Below are positions 40,248-49,961 of a DNA stretch of 64,000 nt, piece by piece; within the stretch, counting starts at the first letter, position 1; each line of letters opens with the position of its first letter. The notes under the pieces were generated by a model. That model did not search any database and was not told where the DNA came from. It saw only the letters and a list, made by a program, of their open reading frames with translations. A program made the position numbers and the translations under genes. Source of the DNA: Reinekea sp. (GTDB taxonomy: Bacteria > Pseudomonadota > Gammaproteobacteria > Pseudomonadales > Natronospirillaceae); NCBI GenBank assembly GCA_050293765.1, contig JBNKNI010000009.1:47459-111458 (forward strand). The letters run 5' to 3'.

Positions 40248-41501
40248 TTAAATTGTTTTCAGGTATACCTTGGAATTACGCTGAAAATTATACAGCTGCT
40301 GGCGCATCTCCGGCAGTGCACTGACGCTCACGGGTTTAAAGCCTCGCTCGACAAACCAATGCTCAGTTTGTGTGGTCAATACAAAAAGCTCAGACAGTTT
40401 CTCTTGTCGGGCTTGTTTTTCGATGGAGTGTAATAGCGCATCTCCTCGGCCGTTTTTCTGGTAATCCGCGTGCACCGCAACGCAGGCCAATTCTGCTTGT
40501 GTTGCCGTTAAGGCGTAAAGCGCTGCGCAACCAATGATCATGCCATCACGTTCATTCACGATAAAATGGTCGATCTCCGCCTGAAGCTTTTCCGGATCTC
40601 GTTTGACCAAAATATTACGGTCTTCCAACGGCTTCAGTAGTGCGAGGATACCCTGGATATCATCCATACGCGCGCGTCGGAAAGTGTCATATTGGTCCAG
40701 CGCGATCAGTGTGCCAACCCCGTCGCGGGTGAATAATTCAGACAGTAACGAACCATCGGCACTGCCATCGACGACATGGCAACGCGCAATCCCAGCAGCA
40801 GCGACAGCGCTGGCCACAGACAGTTCGAGATAGGCGTCCTGGTCGGAAGACTCCTGGCTCAAAATCGAATTGAGCTCATGAACGCTCATTTCTTTTTGGC
40901 CCCGGGTAATGGGCAGTGGATTTTCCCCGGCAATGATGACTTTATCGGCCCCCATCTGGCGGGCAAGTTCAACAACGAGTTGCTCAGGGGGCAAGTACAG
41001 GATATCACCCGTGACTGAATAACCTAATGGCGGTATTAATACGATGGCCTGTTTTTCCAATTGGGCACGAATGGCAAGATGGTCGACACGACGGACGCGG
41101 CCCTGTGCTTTCAGATCTTTGCCATCGAAAACGCCAGCGGGTCTGGCCATCACAAAATTGCCACTGACCACGCGCATTTTGGCACCATGCATCGGGGAAT
41201 TGGCAATGCCCTGACTGAACAGGGCTTCAATGGTGTAACGGTGATGACCAATCTCACTGATTAAGCTTTGTAATGTTGCCTCGTCAATGACTTGTTGGTC
41301 GTGCACTCGGGTGTCAGTTCGTTCAGCGTCGAATACGATGACCAGCTTCAAACCAAGACTGTTGAGCAGAGTCAGATCAGAAATGATGGACCGCAGCCGT
41401 TCGCTGTCCAGTACCCGGTCACGCAGCCAGATGATCGATGTTTTTCCCCGATAGGCGTGAATATAAGGTGCACTGTTGCGAAAGTGGCTGACGAAATCCA
41501 T
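40248..41501 (-). CDS. argA: Amino-acid N-acetyltransferase (N-acetylglutamate synthase)
   Basis: 417 aa from MDFVSHFRNSAPYIHAYRGKT (AGGAG upstream). Colinear with E. coli ArgA through the kinase-like domain and the C-terminal GNAT domain (ELACVAVHADYQKNGRGDALL .. LFVLTTQTEHWFVERGF .. YNFQRNSKV). Confidence 0.9.
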   Translation of the reverse strand: MDFVSHFRNSAPYIHAYRGKTSIIWLRDRVLDSERLRSIISDLTLLNSLGLKLVIVFDAERTDTRVHDQQVIDEATLQSLISEIGHHRYTIEALFSQGIANSPMHGAKMRVVSGNFVMARPAGVFDGKDLKAQGRVRRVDHLAIRAQLEKQAIVLIPPLGYSVTGDILYLPPEQLVVELARQMGADKVIIAGENPLPITRGQKEMSVHELNSILSQESSDQDAYLELSVASAVAAAGIARCHVVDGSADGSLLSELFTRDGVGTLIALDQYDTFRRARMDDIQGILALLKPLEDRNILVKRDPEKLQAEIDHFIVNERDGMIIGCAALYALTATQAELACVAVHADYQKNGRGDALLHSIEKQARQEKLSELFVLTTQTEHWFVERGFKPVSVSALPEMRQQLYNFQRNSKVYLKTI

Positions 41502-41668
41502 GAATGGACTGACTCCTGACGTTAGTGTGACAAAGAAAGCAGGAGTGTATCGCCTTCGTGGAAAAGCCGCCAGCGTCGCCAAGGGCTCGCTGTTAACAAT
41601 TTATGCGAAGGCGGAGTTTGTTGCTGGTTTGGGAATTTGGCACCGGTCAGCTGCCGGTGCCAGATCTC

Positions 41669-43060
41669 TCAAAGTACTTTTGAGAATCGCGTGGCGACTT
41701 CTGCATTGAAGTAAGCGTCGAAAGCCAACAATATGGGGCGCAGAAGCAGCCGACCCAAGGGCATAACGGTTGCAACGTCCGGCGTGACATCGATCAGGTC
41801 ATCAGTGGCCAGCTCCGCTAACCGTTGCCATTCATTGCCGAAATATTCATGGGCATTTATGGAGAACTTTTGGCCGAGCTCACGCAAATCCAAACGACCC
41901 TGACAGGCCAGTTGCCCAATGGCCCACTGACGGATTTTGTCGTCTTCATTGAGAAATATGCCACGTTTAACCGCCAGATGGCTTTCATTAATGAGGTTTT
42001 CATACGGCTCTATTTCATGATGGTTCTGCATATACAGTCCATCAATCTGGCTGATTGCGGAAACGCCCAATGCCAGCATGTCTGTTTCAGACATGGTCGA
42101 ATAGCCCTGGAAGTTGCGTTGAAGGGAGCCTTGCTCCAACGCCAACGCCAGCTCGTCGGTGGGTTTGGCGAAATGATCCATACCAATATAGAGATAGCCA
42201 GACTGCTGCAGCAGCTCAATGCTGTCACGCAAGATGGTCAGTTTTGCGTCTGCGGCAGGAACAGTCGAAGAATCGATCCTTCTTTGTGGTTTAAAGCGCT
42301 CTGGAAGATGCGCGTAGTTGTACAGACTGATGCGGTCTGGGCTTAATGTCAGCGTTTTTTCCCAGGTACGGGCAAAGGAATCAGAGGACTGATGCGGCAG
42401 ACCACAGATAAGGTCAAAATTAACCGATTGAAACCCGAGTTCGCGAGCGCGTTCTACCTTACTTTTCACCAGATCAAACGACTGCACCCGGTTAATGGCG
42501 ATTTGTGTTTGTTCGTCAAAATCCTGTACGCCAAAGCTAACCCGGTTGAAGCCCCTTGAGCGCAACAGTTGCAGCATATCGTCGGTGGTTTCTCGGGGAT
42601 CCAGTTCAATCGAAAACTCACCCGGGTGCGCCATGGGATCCCAGTCATAATAAATTCCAACCAAGTCCAACATACGGGACATCTGGGACAGGGTCAGAAA
42701 TGTCGGTGTACCGCCGCCTAAGTGCAGCTGAGTAATAGGGCGGTGCCCGAAGTTTCGGGCATGCAAGACCATTTCGCGCTCAAGTATGTCCAGATACTGA
42801 TCGGCCCGGGCTTTGTCTTTGGTGGCAATCTTATTGCAGGCGCAGTAAAAACAGATGTGTTGGCAAAAAGGTATGTGAATATAGAGCGACAGGGGTTTTG
42901 CGACTGATCGCTGAGCATCCAGGTGTTGCTGTACCTCTATGGGTTGCAAGGCATGGAACTGAACCGCAGTAGGGTAGGACGTGTAACGGGGCGCATTGAT
43001 ATCGTATTTTCGAATGAGCGCATCATCCCATGGCACATACCATTTGTTTGGTTGCGACAT
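41669..43060 (-). CDS. hemN: Oxygen-independent coproporphyrinogen III oxidase (radical SAM)
   Basis: 463 aa from MSQPNKWYVPWDD (GGAGA 6 nt upstream). Radical-SAM CQHICFYC; YPTAVQF, GGGTPTFL, and the HemN C-terminal domain. Confidence 0.9.
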   Translation of the reverse strand: MSQPNKWYVPWDDALIRKYDINAPRYTSYPTAVQFHALQPIEVQQHLDAQRSVAKPLSLYIHIPFCQHICFYCACNKIATKDKARADQYLDILEREMVLHARNFGHRPITQLHLGGGTPTFLTLSQMSRMLDLVGIYYDWDPMAHPGEFSIELDPRETTDDMLQLLRSRGFNRVSFGVQDFDEQTQIAINRVQSFDLVKSKVERARELGFQSVNFDLICGLPHQSSDSFARTWEKTLTLSPDRISLYNYAHLPERFKPQRRIDSSTVPAADAKLTILRDSIELLQQSGYLYIGMDHFAKPTDELALALEQGSLQRNFQGYSTMSETDMLALGVSAISQIDGLYMQNHHEIEPYENLINESHLAVKRGIFLNEDDKIRQWAIGQLACQGRLDLRELGQKFSINAHEYFGNEWQRLAELATDDLIDVTPDVATVMPLGRLLLRPILLAFDAYFNAEVATRFSKVL

Positions 43061-43112
43061 TATAGTCTCCAGTACTTTTGCAGAAAAATAAGGCAAAAGC
43101 TGAGCTGGGACA

Positions 43113-43126
43113 TTGATATGCATCAA
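43113..43126 (-). promoter_or_regulatory. Perfect FNR/Anr box upstream of hemN
   Basis: TTGATatgcATCAA, centred about 59 nt upstream of the hemN ATG. A TTATTT -10-like hexamer lies 21 nt downstream of the box. This geometry fits a class II FNR promoter. Confidence 0.75.
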
Positions 43127-43223
43127 GACTGTCTTTAAACGATACTGGTTCGCATAAAAGAACGATAATAACTATCGAGTGGTTAATCCAAAGATTGAAT
43201 AGGCTGAGGTACACTGTCGGAAA

Positions 43224-43249
43224 CAAAAAAAGGGACGCTCAGCGTCCCT
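43224..43249 (-). terminator. Intrinsic terminator after crp
   Basis: Stem AGGGACGC, loop TCA, stem GCGTCCCT, followed on the minus strand by T7. Confidence 0.85.
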
Positions 43250-43280
43250 GGTTAGATCTCTTTGTATTCGATAGCCGACT

Positions 43281-43931
43281 TTAACCGCCTTGCTGGAAAA
43301 ATTCGCGAGAGCCATAGACGACCATCGTTTTCCCTTTAACTGACACCAAACCTTGTTCTTCCAGGCCTTTAAGAACCCGGCCAACCATTTCTCGGGAGCA
43401 ACCGACAATTCGGCCTATTTCCTGGCGGGTAATCTTAATCTGCATGCCTTCTGGATGTGTCATGGCATCCGGTTGTTTGCAGAGTTCCAACAATGTACGT
43501 GCGACACGTCCAGTCACATCAAGGAAGGCGAGGTCACCCACCTTTCTGGTGGTGTTGCGCAGCCGTGTCGCCATTTGTTCGCCGATGAAATAGAGAATTC
43601 TTGCATCATTCTGGGTGATTTCCCGGAATTTTGAGTAAGAAATTTCGGCAACTTCGCATTCGGTTTTGGTTTTGATCCAGGCAGAACGGGAATTCATAGA
43701 GTCAAATAACCCCATTTCGCCGAAAAAATCGCCCGCGTTCAGGTAAGCCATAATCATCTCGCGACCATCATCTTCTTCGATGATGACTGACACCGTGCCC
43801 TTGATGATGTAATACAGGGAGTCGCTCTTATCACCCGCGTAGATCAGCGTGGTTTTAGACGGGTACCGTCGGCGGTGGCACTGCGACAGAAAGTAGTCGA
43901 GATGCTTGTGTTCTAGTGTGCTGTTGACCAT
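43281..43931 (-). CDS. crp: cAMP receptor protein (CRP/Vfr)
   Basis: 216 aa from [35 protein letters not shown]. Near-colinear with E. coli CRP, including [52 protein letters not shown] and GKTMVVYG. It lacks the N-terminal Cys cluster of FNR. Confidence 0.92.
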   Translation of the reverse strand: MVNSTLEHKHLDYFLSQCHRRRYPSKTTLIYAGDKSDSLYYIIKGTVSVIIEEDDGREMIMAYLNAGDFFGEMGLFDSMNSRSAWIKTKTECEVAEISYSKFREITQNDARILYFIGEQMATRLRNTTRKVGDLAFLDVTGRVARTLLELCKQPDAMTHPEGMQIKITRQEIGRIVGCSREMVGRVLKGLEEQGLVSVKGKTMVVYGSREFFQQGG

Positions 43932-44221
43932 AAATCGTGAATTCCAATTTAACTGTAAGGCCAAAATCCGCTTCAGTATGGCCTTTCTTCCAGGTTATTC
44001 CAGCCATTATGCGGTATATAACCTTGACTGGCTACGTCCAATACCTTGATGTTTGACGCACGTCCCGTTTTTTCGAACAACTATCAAAGGTGTAAGTGCC
44101 TAAGAATAGCTTGAAATCTCGAGTTCGCGATGCCAATTACACTGTCTAAATGGTGTGTTACGACAAAACTTTCATTAGACTGCACCGCTCACTGTATCGT
44201 TGTTTTTAAAAGGGGACAAAT

Positions 44222-44644
44222 GTGAAAGCTTCACTGAACTGGGTCGGCGATAAAGCCTTTTCTTATAAGTCTAATAGCGGATTTGAAGGTTATGTCGATG
44301 GTGCTGCAAAGGATTCGGATCAGGCCAAAGGCCCTAGCCCAATGGAATTGGTACTGGTCGGCCTGGGTGGGTGTACATCTTATGACGTGGTGTCCATATT
44401 ACAAAAGTCCCGTCAGGATGTCGTGGATTGCCAGACTGAACTCATGGCAGAGCGTGCCGATACGGTACCGGCGGTGTTTACCAAAATTCATATCCATTTT
44501 GTGGTGACGGGTCGTCAGTTAAAGCCAGCGCAGGTAGAGCGGGCCGTCTCACTGTCGGCTGAAAAGTATTGCAGCGCATCGTTGATGCTCGAGCGCGGTG
44601 GCGTGGAGATCACGCATGATTTTGAGATTATTGAGGTAGATTGA
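44222..44644 (+). CDS. OsmC/Ohr-family protein (YhfA-like)
   Basis: 140 aa with a GTG start. GPSPMELVLVGLGGCTSYDVVSIL and AEKYCSAS. Divergent from crp, as yhfA is in E. coli. Confidence 0.75.
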   Translation: MKASLNWVGDKAFSYKSNSGFEGYVDGAAKDSDQAKGPSPMELVLVGLGGCTSYDVVSILQKSRQDVVDCQTELMAERADTVPAVFTKIHIHFVVTGRQLKPAQVERAVSLSAEKYCSASLMLERGGVEITHDFEIIEVD

Positions 44645-44833
44645 AGTCAATTTTTCCTGTTAATCCGACGATTCAGGCCATTTTCCTGACCCTAACGTGC
44701 GTTAAGGCGCTTTTTTTTATTGCTCGCTTAGGTACACTGCAGTGAGTTGTCTTCGAGACAACTTATTGCATTGGGGGTTTCCCAAGGCGACACACAATAA
44801 AAAAAATCATGCAGTCAGGTAGAGTGGTCGATC

Positions 44834-46309
44834 ATGTCACAGGAAATTGAGCTAAAGCTAACCATCAGTCAGGAGTCCATTGAGCAGTTATTAGGTCTCG
44901 ATCTGCTCGCTCCTTATTCGCCAGCGTCATTCACTCTGGAAAACACTTATTACGATACGGCAGATCGACAGCTGACAGCGCATGGTGCTGCAGTTCGTGT
45001 TCGCCAGACCCCCCAAGGTTTCGTACAAACACTCAAAACGCGGGGACAGAATATAGGCGGTTTACATCGTCGTGAAGAGTGGGAGTATCCGGTTCCCGGT
45101 GCCACACTCGATCTCAGTCTGTTGCCTGATGGTGCGTTGCCGATAGTCGCCAATGCGAGCCAGCTTAGACCACTTTTTCAAACAAATTTTAACCGCACCT
45201 GCTGGTTGATTAGCTATCAGGAATCCACCATTGAACTGGTATTGGATGTGGGTGACGTTATCACCGAGCACGGGCAAGATCAGATTTCGGAGCTGGAACT
45301 GGAATTGAAAGCTGGAAATCTCGAAGATTTGTTCCAATTGGCGCAGACGATCAGTGAGCAGGTCGCCATCATGCCATCCGACCTTTCTAAAGCCGAGCGT
45401 GGCTATCGTTTGTGCCAGAACAATCAGGATGTACAGGTTGCCTTACCTGATTTGGTGCCGCAGCAGAGCATGGAAAGTGCGTTTTGTGCGCTGTTTGGTT
45501 ATGAGATGGAGCGGCTGCAGCGCCATTGGCAGGTATTCTGGTCTACTCAACAATGGCGTCATTTGCAGGCTTTTGTCACCACGCTGGGCAACATGGAAGC
45601 TGAAATCGAGTGGTTCCAGGGCATGTTGCCAACGCCTCAAATCCAATTTCTTCACGAACAGATCGATTGGATCAGCAGTGCCGTAAAACCAATTTTGAGT
45701 TGGTGGCCAGCTTGCTTTGCGCTGTCTCAAGATGCAGAACAAGAACCGCAAACGGTTGCGGTTAGCTTGCAGCAAAGCAAAGCCATAAAAGCATTGCGGG
45801 CTTTGCAGGCATTGCGTGCCAATCCGGAATTGGGGCATCGAACCTTATCGCTTACAGCTTGGTTACACGGCCAGCAATGGCGTCATGGACAGTCTGATGA
45901 TCATTTGAGGGTGGCGGAAATGCCCGTGACCGATGGCATCGACTACTGCTTCGACAAAGCGCTGAAAGATATACAATCCGATTGTTTTGCCGGGTCTGCC
46001 AGCCATGCTTTATCTCAGTCACCTGCCGTACATCGGTTATTGACGCTGTGCCAGTATTTTGATCGGCTTTATGGTCAGCAAATGGGCACCTTACGTGCAC
46101 CTTTGGAAGCGCTTAACGACAACCTGTCCCGGTTGTCAGCGATGGACGTGGTGGTCCGCTTGAAAGATTGGCTGAATCAGTTGCCGATCGAACAGCAAGC
46201 CAGTGTTCATAGTTGGGCGCGTTCGCAGACGGTTCTTCTGAGAGATATTAAACATCTCGCTAATAAACTGATCCGCAGTCGTGAACATCTTCAGGGAGGA
46301 AGCGTTTGA
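44834..46309 (+). CDS. CYTH-CHAD two-domain protein (triphosphate-tunnel enzyme fused to a CHAD domain, YgiF-like)
   Basis: 491 aa. N-terminal EIELKL (ExExK) and further CYTH strands (AVRVRQ, ELELELK). The helical C-terminal 300 aa has the size and character of a CHAD domain. Confidence 0.75.
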   Translation: MSQEIELKLTISQESIEQLLGLDLLAPYSPASFTLENTYYDTADRQLTAHGAAVRVRQTPQGFVQTLKTRGQNIGGLHRREEWEYPVPGATLDLSLLPDGALPIVANASQLRPLFQTNFNRTCWLISYQESTIELVLDVGDVITEHGQDQISELELELKAGNLEDLFQLAQTISEQVAIMPSDLSKAERGYRLCQNNQDVQVALPDLVPQQSMESAFCALFGYEMERLQRHWQVFWSTQQWRHLQAFVTTLGNMEAEIEWFQGMLPTPQIQFLHEQIDWISSAVKPILSWWPACFALSQDAEQEPQTVAVSLQQSKAIKALRALQALRANPELGHRTLSLTAWLHGQQWRHGQSDDHLRVAEMPVTDGIDYCFDKALKDIQSDCFAGSASHALSQSPAVHRLLTLCQYFDRLYGQQMGTLRAPLEALNDNLSRLSAMDVVVRLKDWLNQLPIEQQASVHSWARSQTVLLRDIKHLANKLIRSREHLQGGSV

Positions 46310-48054
46310 AGTTATTACCGGGCAAGCTGCGGGTCGACGATTTACTGGTAAACCTGGAAGCGGACAAGCGCATTACCGTGACTCAGCTGAAACAGGCACG
46401 TACTAAATCCGTTAACGCACAAAAGTCGGCAATCGAACAGATTGCCAGTTTGGCGCTGGATGATGCGTTGCATGCCGGGAAAAAACTCACCAGTTCCGTT
46501 CTGACTCAGTGGCTGGCACAGAATCTGGATATGACTTTCGTGCACATTGACCCTCTCAAAGTAGATGTTGAGTCAATTGCCAGCATCATGTCTTTCGAAT
46601 ATGCCAAACGCTATCACCTGTTGCCGCTGACCGTGACGGAATCCACCGTTCGTATCGCCACCAGTGAGCCCTTACTCACTGGCTGGGAAGACACCATTGA
46701 GCAGGTAACAAGACGCAAAATTGAAAAAGTACTCTCCACTCCGGAAGACATTGAACGGTTTGGGCTGGAATTTTATGCGCTTAACCGCTCCGTCAGTGGA
46801 GCAAAGGGCAACAGCTCGGGTTCGGGTATTGGCAACTTTGAGCAGTTGATCGAGTTGGGCAAAATGTCCAGCCCGGATGCGAACGATGAACACATCGTTA
46901 ACATCGTGGATTGGCTGTTTCAGTACGCGTTTGAACAGCGTGCGAGTGATATTCACATTGAACCCCGACGTGACTATTCCCACATTCGGTTTCGAATCGA
47001 TGGCTTGCTGCATACGGTTTATCAGATGCCGATTCAGGTCGGTCTGGCGGTCGTCAGCCGAATTAAGATTCTCGGACGGATGAATATTGCGGAAAAGCGT
47101 AAACCGCTTGATGGGCGTGTGAAGACCAAAACCCCGGACGGGCAGGAAATCGAATTGCGTCTGTCCACGTTGCCGACGGCCTTCGGCGAAAAGATGGTCA
47201 TGCGGATCTTCGACCCGGAAGTATTGTTAAAGAGCTTCGATCAGCTGGGGTTGGCTGATGAAGATCTGACCAACTGGAACGACATGATCCGGCAACCCAA
47301 TGGGATTATTCTGGTGACCGGCCCCACCGGTTCCGGTAAAACCACCACACTGTACTCCACGCTGAAAAGCCTGGCGACACCCGAAGTAAACGTCTGCACG
47401 ATCGAAGACCCTATCGAAATGGTGGAGCCTGCGTTCAACCAAATGCAAACTCAAGCCACTATCGGTCTGAACTTTGCCGATGGTGTTAAAGCTTTAATGC
47501 GACAGGACCCGGATATCATCATGATCGGTGAAATCCGGGATCTCGAAACTGCTCAGATGGCGATTCAGGCAGCGTTGACAGGTCATCTGGTCTTATCAAC
47601 GGTTCACACCAACGACGCCCCGTCAGCGATAACCCGACTGATGGACCTGGGCGTGCCCGGCTATTTGATTAAATCGACGGTACTCGGTGTCATGGCCCAG
47701 CGACTTGTCCGTACCCTGTGCCCTCATTGTAAAACGGAAGCGACGGTGGATGACGCAACCTGGCAACAGCTGGTCAAGCCTTGGTCTGCGCGTAAGCCTG
47801 CCAAAGTGTATCAGCCAGTGGGCTGCCTGGAATGTCGAAACACGGGCTTTCTCGGCCGCTCGGGGGTCTATGAGAGTTTTGTCATGGACGATTCGTTGTC
47901 GGAATTGGTGAAAGACGGTTGTGACCCTCAAACATTACGAAAAGAGGCGATTCGTAAGGGGATGCTCAGTTTGCGCCTATCCGGAGCCCGAAAAATAGCG
48001 GCGGGTCAGACCACTGCCGAAGAGGTGCTCAGGGTAACTCCCGACACCCGTTAA
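46306..48054 (+). CDS. GspE/PilB-family secretion ATPase, orphan
   Basis: 582 aa. Walker A GPTGSGKTT, Asp box CTIEDPIE, Walker B DPDIIMIGEIRD, and His box TGHLVLSTVHTND. Tetracysteine CPHC..CLEC, and one N-terminal T2SSE_N-type domain. TTG start overlaps the upstream stop (TTGA), with GGGAGGA 5 nt upstream. Confidence 0.85.
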   Translation: MKLLPGKLRVDDLLVNLEADKRITVTQLKQARTKSVNAQKSAIEQIASLALDDALHAGKKLTSSVLTQWLAQNLDMTFVHIDPLKVDVESIASIMSFEYAKRYHLLPLTVTESTVRIATSEPLLTGWEDTIEQVTRRKIEKVLSTPEDIERFGLEFYALNRSVSGAKGNSSGSGIGNFEQLIELGKMSSPDANDEHIVNIVDWLFQYAFEQRASDIHIEPRRDYSHIRFRIDGLLHTVYQMPIQVGLAVVSRIKILGRMNIAEKRKPLDGRVKTKTPDGQEIELRLSTLPTAFGEKMVMRIFDPEVLLKSFDQLGLADEDLTNWNDMIRQPNGIILVTGPTGSGKTTTLYSTLKSLATPEVNVCTIEDPIEMVEPAFNQMQTQATIGLNFADGVKALMRQDPDIIMIGEIRDLETAQMAIQAALTGHLVLSTVHTNDAPSAITRLMDLGVPGYLIKSTVLGVMAQRLVRTLCPHCKTEATVDDATWQQLVKPWSARKPAKVYQPVGCLECRNTGFLGRSGVYESFVMDDSLSELVKDGCDPQTLRKEAIRKGMLSLRLSGARKIAAGQTTAEEVLRVTPDTR

Positions 48055-48181
48055 CCGGCCAGTCCAAAAAAATCACGGTCTGCAATAGACAATTGCCCGC
48101 ATTTCACTGGTGATTCGTTGTCGCAATTCATACAATGCCCGTCTTGAATCTATTAACAACCCCGCTCGAAAGGGAGTACTC

Positions 48182-49402
48182 ATGTCCGATATTAAAAAAG
48201 TTGTATTGGCTTATTCCGGTGGTCTGGATACCTCGGTTATCGCTAAGTGGATAGCTGAAACGTACAACTGTGAAGTGGTGACCTTTACGGCTGACCTGGG
48301 CCAGGGTGAAGAAGTTGAACCCGCTCGCGCCAAAGCACAGGCATTGGGAATCAAAGAGATCTATATCGAAGACCTCCGTGAAGAATTTGTCCGAGATTAT
48401 GTGTTTCCGATGTTTCGGGCGAATGCCATTTACGAAGGGGAATACTTGCTTGGTACGTCAATCGCTCGCCCGTTGATCGCCAAGCGATTGATTGAAATTG
48501 CCAATGAAACCGGCGCGGACGCCATTTCACACGGAGCGACCGGTAAGGGTAACGACCAGGTCCGTTTTGAGTTAGGGGCCTATGCGCTGAAACCGGGTGT
48601 TAAAGTGATCGCACCTTGGCGTGAATGGGATCTGACCTCCCGCGAAAAGCTGATGGCTTACTGTGAAGAACACAATATTCCGGTTGATTTTAATAAGGCC
48701 GGGAAGAAATCACCGTACTCGATGGACGCCAATTTGCTGCACATTTCTTACGAAAGTGGCATTTTGGAAGATCCTTGGGCGGAAGCGGAAGAAGACATGT
48801 GGCGTTGGTCCGTTAGTCCGGAAGCCGCGCCAGATCAACCGACCTATTTAGAACTGGAATACGTGAAAGGTGACATTGTTGCCATTGATGGTAAACAAAT
48901 GTCGCCAGCCGAAATATTGACGTATCTGAACAAGGTCGGTGGTGACAACGGTATCGGTCGTCTGGATATAGTTGAAAACCGTTACGTTGGAATGAAGTCC
49001 CGTGGGTGCTATGAGACACCGGGGGGAACCATTATGATGCGAGCTCACCGTGCCATTGAGTCCATTACTCTAGACCGTGAAGTGGCTCACCTGAAAGACA
49101 GTCTGATGCCAAAATACGCAGAATTGATCTACAACGGTTACTGGTGGAGCCCTGAGCGCCATATGTTGCAGGAGATGATTGATGCGTCACAAGAACCCGT
49201 TAACGGGACTGTGCGTGTGAAACTGTATAAAGGCAACGTGATAGTGGTTGGCCGCAAGTCGCCAGACAGCTTGTTTGACGAGAAAATTGCGACCATGGAA
49301 GAAGACGCTGGCGCTTATGATCAGCATGACGCTGAGGGCTTCATTAAATTAAACGCTTTGCGTTTGAAAATTGCTGCGGCGAAAGGACGTTCACAACTCT
49401 AA
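48182..49402 (+). CDS. argG: Argininosuccinate synthase
   Basis: 406 aa from [18 protein letters not shown] (AAGGGAG upstream). [15 protein letters not shown], and [11 protein letters not shown]. Confidence 0.93.
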   Translation: MSDIKKVVLAYSGGLDTSVIAKWIAETYNCEVVTFTADLGQGEEVEPARAKAQALGIKEIYIEDLREEFVRDYVFPMFRANAIYEGEYLLGTSIARPLIAKRLIEIANETGADAISHGATGKGNDQVRFELGAYALKPGVKVIAPWREWDLTSREKLMAYCEEHNIPVDFNKAGKKSPYSMDANLLHISYESGILEDPWAEAEEDMWRWSVSPEAAPDQPTYLELEYVKGDIVAIDGKQMSPAEILTYLNKVGGDNGIGRLDIVENRYVGMKSRGCYETPGGTIMMRAHRAIESITLDREVAHLKDSLMPKYAELIYNGYWWSPERHMLQEMIDASQEPVNGTVRVKLYKGNVIVVGRKSPDSLFDEKIATMEEDAGAYDQHDAEGFIKLNALRLKIAAAKGRSQL

Positions 49403-49433
49403 GCCAGGTTTTTTAATCTTGGATCCGACAAAA

Positions 49434-49465
49434 AGCATCACCAAAATCGTGTGGTGCTTTTTTTT
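49434..49465 (+). terminator. Intrinsic terminator after argG
   Basis: 8-bp stem AGCATCAC / GTGGTGCT (one G-U pair) followed by T8. Confidence 0.75.
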
Positions 49466-49509
49466 GTCTATACTTTGCAGGCGCACGCGCAAGCTGGCTT
49501 GGAGAGTCT

Positions 49510-49917
49510 ATGCGTCATTTTATTCGGCACCCAACGGATATCCCGATCAATTATATTTTGCAGGACCACTATTACTGCATCCGCAATGCCATGCTTGACG
49601 TCAGCGCTGGTGGCTTGAGCTTTTCAACGGATCACTTTATTCCGCCAGGAGAAGTTATTCATGTGAATATTTACGTTCAGGATCCCAGTTTCGAAGCGGA
49701 TTGCGAAGTGAAGTGGTGTCGACGTGTGGAGTCCGCCTATCACGTTGGGGTACGCTTTAAAGATTCTGCAGAAGCCTTCAGTTTCCGAATGGTAGAGCAG
49801 GTCTGTCACATCGAACACTACAAACGTAAGGTCATGTCCGAAGAGGGACGTAACCTGTCCGGCGAAGAAGCGGCCATGGAGTGGATTGAAAAATACGCTC
49901 GGGAGTTTCCCCGCTGA
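49510..49917 (+). CDS. Stand-alone PilZ-domain protein
   Basis: 135 aa. RHFIRHP (RxxxR) and DVSAGGLSF (DxSxxG) motifs near the N-terminus. Confidence 0.7.
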   Translation: MRHFIRHPTDIPINYILQDHYYCIRNAMLDVSAGGLSFSTDHFIPPGEVIHVNIYVQDPSFEADCEVKWCRRVESAYHVGVRFKDSAEAFSFRMVEQVCHIEHYKRKVMSEEGRNLSGEEAAMEWIEKYAREFPR

Positions 49918-49961
49918 TTGCTTTATTATCCTCGGCTCATTTACTGATATTGTGATGTTCC

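Noticed and set aside
43281-43931. The adjacent CRP-family gene as the regulator acting on the TTGAT-N4-ATCAA box of hemN.
   Set aside because: The protein is CRP-type throughout: it has the RE..GR recognition helix, no FNR Cys cluster, and near-colinearity with E. coli CRP. It would recognise TGTGA-N6-TCACA, not the FNR box.
46306-46800. A possible MshEN-type c-di-GMP-binding motif in the N-terminus of the orphan GspE-like ATPase.
   Set aside because: The N-terminal segment (LRVDDLLVNLEADKRITVTQLKQA) only loosely resembles the RLGxx(L/V/I)(L/V/I)xxG(L/V/I)(L/V/I)xxxxLxxxLxxQ motif and lacks the RLG and central G. The call cannot be made without a profile search or structure prediction.
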